Part shown: piece by piece, positions 45,881 through 55,913 of the stretch
How the letters are laid out: each line of letters opens with the position of its first letter
Position numbering within the stretch: position 1 is the stretch's first letter
NCBI GenBank assembly: GCA_045803545.1
Contig: JBJMOW010000005.1
Span: forward strand, 1,516,220 to 1,580,219
Origin: Gemmatimonadaceae bacterium
GTDB taxonomy: Bacteria; Gemmatimonadota; Gemmatimonadetes; Gemmatimonadales; Gemmatimonadaceae
Direction: 5' to 3'
DNA length: 64,000 nt
Notes under the pieces: generated by a model
What the model was told of the DNA's origin: nothing
Seen by the model: only the letters and a program-made list of their open reading frames with translations
The model's database searches: none
Program-made: the position numbers and the translations under genes

Positions 45881-47146
45881 ATGAAGCGCAGAGAGTTTAT
45901 TCAGCGCGGGGCGATCGCGGCGGGTGCAGTTGCGCTTACCGTCAAGTCTTCGTCTGGCGCTGCGCAGGGAATCACCGAGCTTATACCGGCGTCCGATCGC
46001 GCGAAAACGCGCGCGGATGCGCCGGCACCGATTAGCGAAGCCGAGCGGGAGCAGCGTCGCGAGAAAGCGCGCACCTTACTGCAGCAACTCGGCTTCTCAG
46101 CGATGCTGATCGAGCCGGGTGCGAACATGGAGTACTTCGCCGGTATCCAGTGGGGCCGCAGCGAAAGATTGTTCGCGTTCATTCTTCCCGTTACCGGCAA
46201 ACCCGTCGTCATCTCGCCTGCGTTCGAGCAGCAGCGTGCGGAGGATCAGGTCAGCGGACGATTCGATGTGCGAGTGTGGCAGGAAGATCAGAACCCGGAA
46301 GCCCTCGTCGCACAAACGCTGACCGACCTTGGCTTTGCGTCGGGCCGGCTGGCTGTTGATCCGAGCGCGCGGACTTTCGTTTTCACCGAGCTCGCCGTCG
46401 CGCGGCCATCGATGCAGATGGGCAACGCAGCCATCATCGTCAATCAATGTCGGGGCGTGAAGTCGGCGCACGAAGTCGAGATCATGCGCTTCGCCAATCA
46501 GACGACTCTCTCGGCGTATCGGGAAGCACTCAAGTCGCTGCGCGTCGGGATGACGCAGGCGCAGCTGGCCTCGAATGTGTCCGCCGAGATGAAGAAGCTG
46601 GGCTATGACGGCGGCGCGTTGGTATTGTTTGGCGAATCGTCAGCCTATCCCCACGGTTTGCCGCACCCGCGGGAGCTGCAGGAGAATCAGGTCGTGCTCG
46701 TCGACGGTGGCCTCAGTGTCCACGGTTATCAATCGGACATGACGCGCACAGTGGTGTTTGGAACTCCCGCACCCGAAATGCAGAAAGTCTTCGACATCGT
46801 GCATGAGGCCCAGGGGCGCGCGCTCGCTACAGCCGCGCCGGGAAAGAAAGCCGGCGATGTCGACGCCGCCGCGCGCAAAGTCATTACCGACGCCGGCTAC
46901 GGTCCCGACTATCGCACTTTTACCCACCGACTCGGTCACGGTATCGGGCTCGAAGGACACGAGTGGCCCTACTTCGTCCGCGGCAGCACCGTGATTCTCG
47001 AGCCGGGCATGACCTTCAGCGACGAGCCCGGGATTTATCAGTACGGAAAATTCGGGATTCGCCTCGAGGATATCCTCGCGATTACGGAAGACGGCGCCGA
47101 GATGATGACGCCGAGACAGACTTCGCTGCGCGCGGAGACCCTCTAA
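45881..47146 (+). CDS. Xaa-Pro peptidase (M24B) with Tat signal
   Basis: Tat motif MKRREFI, then motifs LVDGG..SDMTRT, HRLGHGIGL.GHE, SDEPGIY and IRLED. Confidence 0.93.
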   Translation: MKRREFIQRGAIAAGAVALTVKSSSGAAQGITELIPASDRAKTRADAPAPISEAEREQRREKARTLLQQLGFSAMLIEPGANMEYFAGIQWGRSERLFAFILPVTGKPVVISPAFEQQRAEDQVSGRFDVRVWQEDQNPEALVAQTLTDLGFASGRLAVDPSARTFVFTELAVARPSMQMGNAAIIVNQCRGVKSAHEVEIMRFANQTTLSAYREALKSLRVGMTQAQLASNVSAEMKKLGYDGGALVLFGESSAYPHGLPHPRELQENQVVLVDGGLSVHGYQSDMTRTVVFGTPAPEMQKVFDIVHEAQGRALATAAPGKKAGDVDAAARKVITDAGYGPDYRTFTHRLGHGIGLEGHEWPYFVRGSTVILEPGMTFSDEPGIYQYGKFGIRLEDILAITEDGAEMMTPRQTSLRAETL

Positions 47147-47190
47147 CTGCAACTGCTTGCCGGCCAGCAAGCAGCTGCAGTGGACCTCAG

Positions 47191-48846
47191 TTACGGCAGC
47201 CCGTACACCATGATCCGGCTCTGACTCGCCCCACCCGGCCAAACCGGCGATTTCATTCCCGCCGCTACACCCACAAGTTGCTTTCCGCCGGCGGTATAGG
47301 TGACGATGCCCCCACCGGTCGACAATCCGGTATCGGTCTGCCAGAGAATGCGACCGGATGCGGCGTCGAACGCGTAGAGTGTTCCGCCCATATCCGCTGT
47401 GAAGACAATTCCGCCAGCGGTTGGAGTCACTGCAGCGAGAATCGGCTTCGGCGCCTGATACTTCCAGCGTGCGGCACCGGTCTCGGCGTCGAACGCAGTC
47501 ACCCATCCGCGCGCGTTTGCCGGCGGATCCATGATCTGCGCTTGCGGAGTCTCGGCCCCGAACCAGACTTGGCCGGCCTGCGGGATTTTGAGGGTGTCGC
47601 CAACCAACTGCACGTTGGCGCACCAATCGACTGCGCCTGTGTAAAGCAGATTGGTCTCGGGACTGTACGCCGCGCCGTTCCACTCATTGCCGCCCTGAAT
47701 TCCCGGACAGAAGTGCGTCACGCTGTCTCGCGACAGCGGTGTGTTGACGTTCAGCCGGGTCGTAGTCGGAGTCTGCGAAAGAAGTCTCAAGTCGCCCAAT
47801 AAACCAGCCGGATCGTGTACGACCCGGGAGCGATCGAGTATCGACAGCAGTCCATCCTTGTTCGCCGAAGCAACGATTTGGCGACCCGAACGCGTGGTCA
47901 CCAGAGCTGGCGGACTGTCGACATCCCAGTCGTGCGCGTCGCGCTTCACGAGCTGATTGTACGCGAGCATTCGACCGCTGCGCGGCGAGATGGCGATCAC
48001 GGAGTTGGAGTAGAGATTTTCGCCGGTTCGCACTGCGATGTCGAAATCGGGAGCTGGATTCCCGGCCGGTACGTAAAGAATTCCGTTGTACTCGTCGACC
48101 GTGAACGACGTCCAGAATGCTCCACCGGATAGCGGCAGTCTTGAATTGCGCCACGTCGAGCGCGCTGGGCCCGACGCTGGCACCACGTCGAACTTCCACA
48201 CGAGACGTCCGTCGACCGCCTCGATCGCATACACGTGACCCGTCACCGTCGCGATATCGCCGCCGGCGTTGCCGATGTACACCCGACCGTTATAGGCGAT
48301 GGGCGCCATCGGAATCGAAACGCCGGGGCCCTTCACATCGAGCTCGCGATCCCACAGCGTCTGGCCGGTGGTCGCATCGAGCGCGACCACATGCACGTCA
48401 GAAGTGCCACGGAACAGCCGGCCATCGGCGTAGGCGAATCCGCGATTCACACCGAGCGCGCTCGGTGTCTCACTGTGGCGAACCTTGCGCCACTTTTCCT
48501 TGCAAGTCGCCGCGTCGATCGCGTACGAAATGGTGTCAGTCGTGAAATACATCGAGCCGTTGACCACGATTGGCGCGGTCTGCAGCGAGGTTACCTCGGG
48601 CAACGTGTAATTGCAGATGCTGCGCAGCTGCGCGACGTTGCTGGTGTTGATGTCTTTGAGCGGCGAGAATCGGTCGCCTGCAAGCGTGCGATTGTAGGCG
48701 GGCCAATCACCCGCGCCAATCGCTGCGATCGGATACGCACCCACAGTGGTCGGCTCGCCCGGATAAGAATTGAGCGTTCGGTGTGAGCAAGCGAGCGTCG
48801 TGGCGGCAGTGACTGCAGCAGCAAAAGCGATTGTGTCGTATCTCAT
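47191..48846 (-). CDS. PQQ-dependent dehydrogenase-like lipoprotein
   Basis: Motifs GDW..YNR...GDRFSPL..IN..NV..L, NRG, HDWDV and CPG..GG.EW. Confidence 0.88.
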   Translation of the reverse strand: MRYDTIAFAAAVTAATTLACSHRTLNSYPGEPTTVGAYPIAAIGAGDWPAYNRTLAGDRFSPLKDINTSNVAQLRSICNYTLPEVTSLQTAPIVVNGSMYFTTDTISYAIDAATCKEKWRKVRHSETPSALGVNRGFAYADGRLFRGTSDVHVVALDATTGQTLWDRELDVKGPGVSIPMAPIAYNGRVYIGNAGGDIATVTGHVYAIEAVDGRLVWKFDVVPASGPARSTWRNSRLPLSGGAFWTSFTVDEYNGILYVPAGNPAPDFDIAVRTGENLYSNSVIAISPRSGRMLAYNQLVKRDAHDWDVDSPPALVTTRSGRQIVASANKDGLLSILDRSRVVHDPAGLLGDLRLLSQTPTTTRLNVNTPLSRDSVTHFCPGIQGGNEWNGAAYSPETNLLYTGAVDWCANVQLVGDTLKIPQAGQVWFGAETPQAQIMDPPANARGWVTAFDAETGAARWKYQAPKPILAAVTPTAGGIVFTADMGGTLYAFDAASGRILWQTDTGLSTGGGIVTYTAGGKQLVGVAAGMKSPVWPGGASQSRIMVYGLP

Positions 48847-48977
48847 CGGCGGTACTCCTTTGCACCTAGGGAATGCAAAACCTTCGCCTGGCTATGCGGA
48901 CTTGACACGACTTGGCCCGGTGGGATAAAACAGTGGCAACCCACCCGCGACCATTGACCTCCCGTTCCGAGGCCCGC

Positions 48978-51101
48978 ATGCGCCCTTCCCGAATCGTTCT
49001 CGCCCTCGCTGTACTACCTATAGTAGGAACCTTTGGCTCGCGGGCTACGGCTCAGGCGCCGACGCTAATGCCGCCGGTGGCGACAGCGAAGGCAAGAGTC
49101 GACACGCTGCACGGCGAGATTCGCACCGACAATTACTTCTGGATTCGGGAGAAGACCAATCCCGACGTGATCGCGTATCTCAACGCCGAGAATGCGTACA
49201 CGGAAGCGAAGATGAAGCACACCGAGGCGCTGCAGCAGAAGCTTTATGACGAGATGCTGTCGCACATCAAGGAGACGGACGTCTCGGTCCCGTTCCGCGA
49301 CCACGGCTACTACTACTGGAACGCGACCGAGAAAGGCAAGGCATATACGATCTTCATGCGCCGGAAGGCGACACCCGGATCGAAGGAAGAGGCTTATCTC
49401 GACGCCAATGCGCTGGCGGTCGGGAAGAAGTTCTCCCAGGTGGCCGGGATCGAAATCAGTCCCAGTGGCACTCGCGCGGCGTATCTGCACGACACCACCG
49501 CACTGCGTGTCTACACGGTTTATGTCAAAGACCTCACCACCGGAAAGCTGCTCGCCGATACGATTTCACGCGTGGTACCATCGGTGGCCTGGGCAAACGA
49601 CACCGTTCTGTTTTACCAGACACCGGATTCTGCCCGCCGATCGGACGCCGTGTGGCGCCACATAATCGGTCAGCCGCGGTCGAGCGACGTCGAAGTATTC
49701 CACGACAAGGACGTGCTGAACAACGTAGGTGTTGGCCGCACGAAGGATGACAAGTACATCGTCATCAGTGACGATGGATTCACGTCGTCGGAATGGCGCG
49801 TGGTGCCGGTCAGCAATCCGTTTGCAACCCCGACGGTGATCGCGCCGCGGAAAGCCAACGTCGAGTATCAGGTCGATCACATCAACGGCGCGTTTCTGAT
49901 GACGACCAACGAAGGGGCGCAGAACTTCAAGGTGATGCGCATCGCCGACGCCGACCTCGGAACGAACAAATGGACCTCGTTCATTCCGGTCAGCGACTCG
50001 GTGTTCATCGAGTATCTGGAGCCGTTCAAGAACAATCTCGTCGTGGTGCAGCGCTCGGGCGGATTGCGCCGGCTGCGCGTGATGGATCTCAAAACGAAGC
50101 GCGCGGATTACTACATCACATTCCCAGAGCCGGCGTACGCCGTCGGCCCAACCGGCAACGCCGAGTTCGACTCGGACACACTGAGATTCAACTACCAGTC
50201 GATGCTGACTCCTTCCTCGACCTACGACTACTCCTTCTCGAGTCGGCAACGAGTCCTGAAGAAGCGGGTCGACGTTCCCGGGTTTGACGCGTCGAAGTAC
50301 GACGTCAAGCGCTTCATGGTGAAAGCGCGTGACGGCGCGATGGTGCCGGTATCGATGATCGTGTCGAAAACGTGGAAGCAGGATGGGACCCATCCGCTGC
50401 TCGAGTACGCCTACGGCTCGTATGGCGCGACGACGGAAGCCACTTTCAGCTCCAGCGTGCTGAGTCTGGTCGATCGCGGGTTTGCTTATGCGATCGCGCA
50501 CATTCGCGGCGGTCAGGAAATGGGGCGCGCCTGGTACGATCAGGGCAAGATGATGAACAAGAAGAACACCTTCAACGATTTCGTCGACGTCGGCCAGTAT
50601 CTGGTCGACAACAAGTACACGTCGACAGATCGCCTGATCGCCAACGGCGGCAGCGCCGGCGGATTGTTGATGGGCGCGGTGGTCAACATGCGACCCGACT
50701 TGTTCAAGGCAGTCGTCGCCGATGTGCCCTTTGTCGACGTCATCAACACGATGATGGATGCTTCGATCCCGTTGACCGCGCAGGAGTGGCAGCAATGGGG
50801 CGATCCGCATGATCCGGCGCAGTACGCCTACATGCGGTCGTACTCGCCGTACGACAACGTCGAGCGGAAAGCCTATCCGTGGATGCTTGTCACGACGTCA
50901 CTAAACGACTCGCAGGTAGGCTACTGGGAGCCGGTGAAATGGGTCGCGAAGCTGCGCTCGATGAAAACCGACAACAATCCGCTCTACATCAAGATCAACA
51001 TGGCGGGCGGACACGGCGGATCTTCAGGCCGCTACGATGTTCTGCACGAGCGAGCGTTCAGATACGCGTTCATGCTCGACGCCGTCGGCATAACGCAGTA
51101 G
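48978..51101 (+). CDS. ptrB: Oligopeptidase B (S9A)
   Basis: Motifs DNYFWIR, YGSYG, GGSAGG, VPFVDVINTMMD and GHGG.SGRY. Confidence 0.9.
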   Translation: MRPSRIVLALAVLPIVGTFGSRATAQAPTLMPPVATAKARVDTLHGEIRTDNYFWIREKTNPDVIAYLNAENAYTEAKMKHTEALQQKLYDEMLSHIKETDVSVPFRDHGYYYWNATEKGKAYTIFMRRKATPGSKEEAYLDANALAVGKKFSQVAGIEISPSGTRAAYLHDTTALRVYTVYVKDLTTGKLLADTISRVVPSVAWANDTVLFYQTPDSARRSDAVWRHIIGQPRSSDVEVFHDKDVLNNVGVGRTKDDKYIVISDDGFTSSEWRVVPVSNPFATPTVIAPRKANVEYQVDHINGAFLMTTNEGAQNFKVMRIADADLGTNKWTSFIPVSDSVFIEYLEPFKNNLVVVQRSGGLRRLRVMDLKTKRADYYITFPEPAYAVGPTGNAEFDSDTLRFNYQSMLTPSSTYDYSFSSRQRVLKKRVDVPGFDASKYDVKRFMVKARDGAMVPVSMIVSKTWKQDGTHPLLEYAYGSYGATTEATFSSSVLSLVDRGFAYAIAHIRGGQEMGRAWYDQGKMMNKKNTFNDFVDVGQYLVDNKYTSTDRLIANGGSAGGLLMGAVVNMRPDLFKAVVADVPFVDVINTMMDASIPLTAQEWQQWGDPHDPAQYAYMRSYSPYDNVERKAYPWMLVTTSLNDSQVGYWEPVKWVAKLRSMKTDNNPLYIKINMAGGHGGSSGRYDVLHERAFRYAFMLDAVGITQ

Positions 51102-51106
51102 CCGAC

Positions 51107-51150
51107 TCGGCGTAGAGTCTCAGCCAGTAGTTGGGCGGACTCTACGCCGA
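51107..51150. terminator. Hairpin between convergent genes (probable bidirectional terminator)
   Basis: TCGGCGTAGAGTC ... GACTCTACGCCGA, a perfect 13-bp stem. Confidence 0.7.
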
Positions 51151-51154
51151 AGCT

Positions 51155-51676
51155 TTACTGCCGTCGCCAATCAATGAATTGCTGCCTGATCTGCCAGCGC
51201 TCTTTCCAATCGTCGAATCGAAGTACGAATAGCGACTGAACGAAGACTGGCTTGGCGTCGTCCGGCGACAGCGGGGCGATGAGGACGGCTGACACGAATG
51301 CCATGTCGCCGCTCATGTCGAAATCTTCGACCGTGATGTCGACGTGCGCGCCCGCCAGAGTGGTGGTGAACATCTGCGAGACGACGCCGAGCGGCGTCGA
51401 GCCTTCGGGCTCGCGACCGATTACCGAGCGCGCGTTCGGGGTGTAATTCGCGGCCAGCGCGACTGAGTCTCTCCGTTCGATTGCCCTGGCCCACTGCTGC
51501 AGCATCGCACCAATCTGCTCGCGGACCCTGGCGTGGTAGCGGGCGGTCTCGGAGTTTGCGCCATCGTGGGGCACCACCATATCAACGATGCCCTGCGCGG
51601 CGACGGGGGCGGCGGAAACTATTAGAGATAGCGCGATGGGAATCGTTCTCTTCAGCTTTCTACTGGAAAAGCGCAT
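51155..51676 (-). CDS. Secreted NTF2-like (DUF4440/SnoaL) protein
   Basis: Signal peptide, then W..AI...D...LA..Y..NA and C-terminal W.I. Confidence 0.7.
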   Translation of the reverse strand: MRFSSRKLKRTIPIALSLIVSAAPVAAQGIVDMVVPHDGANSETARYHARVREQIGAMLQQWARAIERRDSVALAANYTPNARSVIGREPEGSTPLGVVSQMFTTTLAGAHVDITVEDFDMSGDMAFVSAVLIAPLSPDDAKPVFVQSLFVLRFDDWKERWQIRQQFIDWRRQ

Positions 51677-51789
51677 GCAATTTGATCTGATTCTGGGACA
51701 GGTTGTTGAAATTTGACACTGAAGAAGGGTCAAAAGTTCAGCCAGCGTGGGCAAATTGTTAACATTCTTTCTGCACTACGGATCCGCTC

Positions 51790-52671
51790 ATGAGAATTCT
51801 TCTGACCGCTGCCCTCACCTTCACCGCCGCTTCTCTCGGTGCGCAGTCGAACAGTGCGACGGCGTCAGCGCCGCTGGTAGCTCCCAACTTGCCGCGCATT
51901 CTGTACGAATCGCCGAGCGGCGGCAAGAGTCAGCTCTGGCTCATGGACGGCGACGGCAACGACGCGCGCCAGTTGACGAGTGAGGCGGCTGGTGTGAGCG
52001 GGGCGCACTGGGCAGCGGACGGGAACTCGCTCTTCTACTACGTGACGGAGGGCGACCGCAGCGCGGTGTACGAGCTGTGGCCCGACAGCGCCAGACAGCG
52101 CCAGATCGGCGTTTTCCCTGGGCGCGCAGTGCACGTCGCTCCCGGTCGGGCACAGGTCATCTACGATGTCGGTCCCTGGACGGCGTCGCACCTCGTCATG
52201 ACCGACATCAATCAGCGCACGAGTCGTCAGCTGACGAGCAACGACCTCGTGGTCTGGATGGGTGTCTGGTCACCGGACGGCACTCGCATCGCCTACACCG
52301 CCCGCGACAAAAGTGGCCTCGCTGTCTGGGTGATGAATGCCGACGGATCCAACCCACATCGCGTGAGTCATCTAACGCCGCAGGAAGGCTCGGCGCAGAT
52401 GCCGGCGTGGAGTCCCGACAGTCAGCTGCTCGCGTTTCAGGCGAACTCACTGACTGCGCGCGGCAAAGCAACACTCTGGGTGATCGATCTGCGCACCCTC
52501 GGTGAGCGGCAGATCATTCCGCACCAGTCGATCTTCCTCGACGAAATGCCGAGCTGGTTTTCCGACGGCACTCGCGTCGCGTTCCAAAGCAATCGGTCGG
52601 GCAGAATGGAGATTTGGGCCGTGAACGCCAACGGCACCGACCTCCGTCAGCTCACCGGTCGCACGAAATGA
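51790..52671 (+). CDS. TolB-like WD40/PD40 beta-propeller protein
   Basis: Repeats WSPDG.RIA and QLT. Confidence 0.88.
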   Translation: MRILLTAALTFTAASLGAQSNSATASAPLVAPNLPRILYESPSGGKSQLWLMDGDGNDARQLTSEAAGVSGAHWAADGNSLFYYVTEGDRSAVYELWPDSARQRQIGVFPGRAVHVAPGRAQVIYDVGPWTASHLVMTDINQRTSRQLTSNDLVVWMGVWSPDGTRIAYTARDKSGLAVWVMNADGSNPHRVSHLTPQEGSAQMPAWSPDSQLLAFQANSLTARGKATLWVIDLRTLGERQIIPHQSIFLDEMPSWFSDGTRVAFQSNRSGRMEIWAVNANGTDLRQLTGRTK

Positions 52672-52680
52672 GAGGCGCGC

Positions 52681-53064
52681 ATGGTTACGATTTCTGTTTC
52701 TGATGATCGCATCCACTTCGACGTCGAAGGCATTGACCGGATGTGGGCGCTACGCAGTCAACTGGAATTTCCGCTGTCGCACATCCGCAGCGTCCGCGTC
52801 GACCCGGAAGCCGCGAAAGGCTGGTGGCACGGCATCAGGCTGTGGGGCTCCAACATCCCGGGCATCCTCACCGCCGGCATTTTCTACCAGAACGGCCGCG
52901 TAGTCTTCTACGATGTCCACGACCCCGAGCGCACGATCGTGATCGAGCTGGATCACGAGCATTATGATCGGATGGTGGTGGAGGTCGAGGAGCCGGAGGT
53001 TGAGGCGAAGAAAGTCGAGAAGGCGATCTCGGCGTCGGCGCGGCGTACGGGTCGCGGCGGATAG
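52681..53064 (+). CDS. Hypothetical protein (bacterial PH-like)
   Basis: Motif PLSHIRSV...GIRLWG..IPG...AG.F...IVIEL....Y...VVEV. Confidence 0.7.
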   Translation: MVTISVSDDRIHFDVEGIDRMWALRSQLEFPLSHIRSVRVDPEAAKGWWHGIRLWGSNIPGILTAGIFYQNGRVVFYDVHDPERTIVIELDHEHYDRMVVEVEEPEVEAKKVEKAISASARRTGRGG

Positions 53065-53871
53065 CTACGCGACGGGTACCGTACTCCGAGGAGCCCGCTT
53101 CCTCAACCCTGTCGCGGCCACCATAACCACCATCAGCACCGCAATCGCAACCGACGCAGCGATTCGACTGATGTTGAGCCCACCCTGCGCATTCGGTTTC
53201 GTGAGCAAGTCGCCCAACGTAGCCCCGAGCGGTCGTGTCAGCACATAGGCTGCCCAGAACGTGACACTCGTCGGTAGCCGACTGAAGAAGTGCAGTCCAG
53301 CGACGATGAGAATAAGTGCAGTGAAAATCAGTGCTCCGCGCTCGAAGCCGAACCCAAGCGTGTCGGCGACATAGTCACCCAGCGCCGTGCCCAGGGTGTT
53401 CGAGACCAGAATCGTCACCCAGTAGAAAACTTCGTCGGTTCGATTCGTCACGCGATCGACTACGATTCTTCCCGTCGTGACTCGCCAAACGACCAGGATG
53501 ATGATCACCAACGCCAGCAAGCTGAACGACGATCTCACGTACCCGACTTTCAGCGTGCGGTCGATGTAGTCTGAAGTCGTGGTTCCAACGGTCGTGGTCG
53601 CGACCACCACCGCCCAGTAGAAAACGGGGTGATAGTGCCCCGAGCCCACCTGCGCGATCAGAGTGACGATGAAGAATCCGAGGAAGATCAGGGTGCTGAC
53701 GGCGTAGCCGAGGTTGAGCTGCATCGACAGCGCGTCGCCGCCAGTCTCGCCGAGCGTGGTCGCGAGGACTTTGACAACCCAGAAGACCAGCGTGACGCGG
53801 GGGACTTTGCTGAGCGTTTCTTCCCAGGAAGGAGCCTCGGATGTTTGATACGCGGTGGTGTCTATAGCCAT
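53065..53871 (-). CDS. COG4705 (DUF347 repeat) membrane protein
   Basis: Repeats TTLGETGGD, TTVGTTTSD, NTLGTALGD and RPLGATLGD. Confidence 0.9.
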   Translation of the reverse strand: MAIDTTAYQTSEAPSWEETLSKVPRVTLVFWVVKVLATTLGETGGDALSMQLNLGYAVSTLIFLGFFIVTLIAQVGSGHYHPVFYWAVVVATTTVGTTTSDYIDRTLKVGYVRSSFSLLALVIIILVVWRVTTGRIVVDRVTNRTDEVFYWVTILVSNTLGTALGDYVADTLGFGFERGALIFTALILIVAGLHFFSRLPTSVTFWAAYVLTRPLGATLGDLLTKPNAQGGLNISRIAASVAIAVLMVVMVAATGLRKRAPRSTVPVA

Positions 53872-54542
53872 TTGAAAGTTCTTGCAGTGCGGCTGAGCGC
53901 GTGCACATCGGCGCCCACGGGTGCCCACCAGGTCAGCCAGCCGACCGTTCCGTTGTCGAAAAACAGATAGGCCGTATTCTGCAAACGGACTGCCTTACTC
54001 GACGCATCAGGCTCGGAATTCGACGAGTAGTCGATCTCGACGGCGTTTCCGCCAGGCTCTTTCACCGATTTTACGTTCTCGATCTTGACAGCACGCCCCT
54101 GCGCCTGAATCAAACGGGCCTCGTTGTCGCGCACACTTGACGCCGTCGGCGGAGAGTTGGAGCTCGAGATCGCCACGTTGATACCGTCGTACTTGCTCAC
54201 GAAAGTCACGTTTGGCCCGTTCTCGGTGCTCACCCAATCCTTGGGCACATCAAGCTGATATCCGCCAGAAGCTGATTTGTACGCAACAAAGCTCTCGTTC
54301 TTCGGAATCGCGCCTGATGGATTCTTTTCGGCAGGAATCGCTTTCTCGCTCGCAGGTTCCTTGATGTTTCTGCCACTGGTAGACATCGCGGTCTCGGACG
54401 ATGCAACCGTCGTCCCCGAATCCGAATCCTTGGACTGACAACCGAGAATCACCAGAAACGAAACCGCGATGAGCTGGGCGACGGGCAGTCGGAGACGGCG
54501 CTGCGCATTCGCTGTGGAGGAGAGCTCGCTAATGAGATGCAT
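53862..54542 (-). CDS. Lipoprotein, PsbP/Mog1-like
   Basis: Lipobox ILGC and motif GYQLDVPKDW. Confidence 0.65.
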   Translation of the reverse strand: MHLISELSSTANAQRRLRLPVAQLIAVSFLVILGCQSKDSDSGTTVASSETAMSTSGRNIKEPASEKAIPAEKNPSGAIPKNESFVAYKSASGGYQLDVPKDWVSTENGPNVTFVSKYDGINVAISSSNSPPTASSVRDNEARLIQAQGRAVKIENVKSVKEPGGNAVEIDYSSNSEPDASSKAVRLQNTAYLFFDNGTVGWLTWWAPVGADVHALSRTARTFKWL

Positions 54543-55299
54543 TGGGACGGGTGAGTTGAATCGTAAATGAGTCGGCGGTGCCCGGGACGGTCGGACGTCG
54601 TTCGAACACGACATCGTTTCCGACGCGGACGCGGAGCTCGTGCAACGATCGTGGAACTGTCAGCTGAAATCTGGCGGGCGTCGATTGCTCGACAGCGATG
54701 CGGTTCGCGCTTACGCGATAAATCGCACCAGCACTCGGCGAGCTGAGGGAGATCCGATCCAGGTCGATAATGTGCACATCAAGCGTTCCTCCGACACTGC
54801 TGCCGCTAAATGAAACCTCCAATGCCGCGCCAGGCTTCGCTGCCAGCGACACTGCAGGCGACACTGGTTGGGGTTCAGGTGTTCTTGGAGTCGACCCGGA
54901 TTCCACGTTGAAGCTTCCCGAAGAGCGGAGCGCCGTAAGGAGCAGTCGGTGGAGTGGCGAAAACGGAATCGCTGCCGCAGCAGCGGTGCCCGCAACGATG
55001 AGAAGTCCGACGACTGCGGCAGCCCGACGCCAGCCAAATGCGAATCCATTCTTCTGTAGACGCGCTGCACGAATGATGGAATCCGCGGACTGAGACGGAG
55101 GGGGCACGTCCAGCGACGCCAGCAGGCTTCCCGTGTCCCGATCCGCATCGCGCAGCGTTCCGATCAGCCGCGTGCATTCGGCGCAGATCGCAAGATGGGA
55201 ATACGCGCGCCGCTCGAGATCGCGATCCTGTCCGACGGTGTAGATGAGCGCGGCCGTCTCTGATTCGTTCAAATGCGGTGAGGACAGCACGTCGGTCAC
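54529..55299 (-). CDS. Zinc-binding anti-sigma factor (ZAS) with TM and periplasmic domain
   Basis: HLAICAEC (HxxxCxxC) and one TM helix. Overlaps the sigma gene. Confidence 0.8.
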   Translation of the reverse strand: MTDVLSSPHLNESETAALIYTVGQDRDLERRAYSHLAICAECTRLIGTLRDADRDTGSLLASLDVPPPSQSADSIIRAARLQKNGFAFGWRRAAAVVGLLIVAGTAAAAAIPFSPLHRLLLTALRSSGSFNVESGSTPRTPEPQPVSPAVSLAAKPGAALEVSFSGSSVGGTLDVHIIDLDRISLSSPSAGAIYRVSANRIAVEQSTPARFQLTVPRSLHELRVRVGNDVVFERRPTVPGTADSFTIQLTRPNASH

Positions 55300-55832
55300 G
55301 ATTTCTTTCCCTTGTAGGCGGTGTGAAACAACGCCGTCGCACGGAGCAACAACGTTCCCACGCTCGTCTCGCTTACGCCGACGACGTGGGCGATCTCGCG
55401 ATAGCTGTAGCCCTCCTGTCGCAGCAACAGCATCCGGCGATCACGATCGCTCAGCCTGTCGAGCGCCGCGCGTACCTGCCGCCGACGTTCTTCGCCAAGC
55501 ACCTTTTCGTCGGCGGCGACGGCGCTCGTCCGCTCCAGATCAAGCGGGTGGGCCTGGATCAATTGGAGACGGCGTTTGCCGGTTCGCTTTTCGTCGCGCA
55601 GCAAATTGTGCGCAACGGTCGCCATCCAGCCTCGCACATCATCCGGCAACGATCCACGCTGGTACAGCCTCACGAAAACCTCCTGCGCCAGATCCTCAGC
55701 GGCATCCGGCTCTCCCGTCAGCCGCTGGAGATAGCGGAAGAGCGATGCATACTGTGCGTCGAACAGCCGTCGAAACGATTCCTCGAAAGCCGGAGGAGTC
55801 TCGTCAGTCTCGTCGCGCGAGCGGACGGTCAT
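55296..55832 (-). CDS. ECF RNA polymerase sigma factor
   Basis: Motifs AEDLAQEVF, W..TVAHN and GYSYREIA..VG. Confidence 0.93.
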   Translation of the reverse strand: MTVRSRDETDETPPAFEESFRRLFDAQYASLFRYLQRLTGEPDAAEDLAQEVFVRLYQRGSLPDDVRGWMATVAHNLLRDEKRTGKRRLQLIQAHPLDLERTSAVAADEKVLGEERRRQVRAALDRLSDRDRRMLLLRQEGYSYREIAHVVGVSETSVGTLLLRATALFHTAYKGKKS

Positions 55833-55913
55833 CCGGTGAGGAGTCGATCGATCTGGCACGTGACTCCTGATGGAGCGCACCAGCGAGGAAATTGTGACAG
55901 CGGGAGGAAGCGC

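Noticed and set aside
49566..50810. Long antisense or alternate-frame ORFs (also 752-1729, 13064-14095, 17539-18621, 20844-21824, 24432-25382, 46640-47683, 62627-63718)
   Set aside because: They shadow well-supported genes, as expected in high-GC DNA, and show no motifs.
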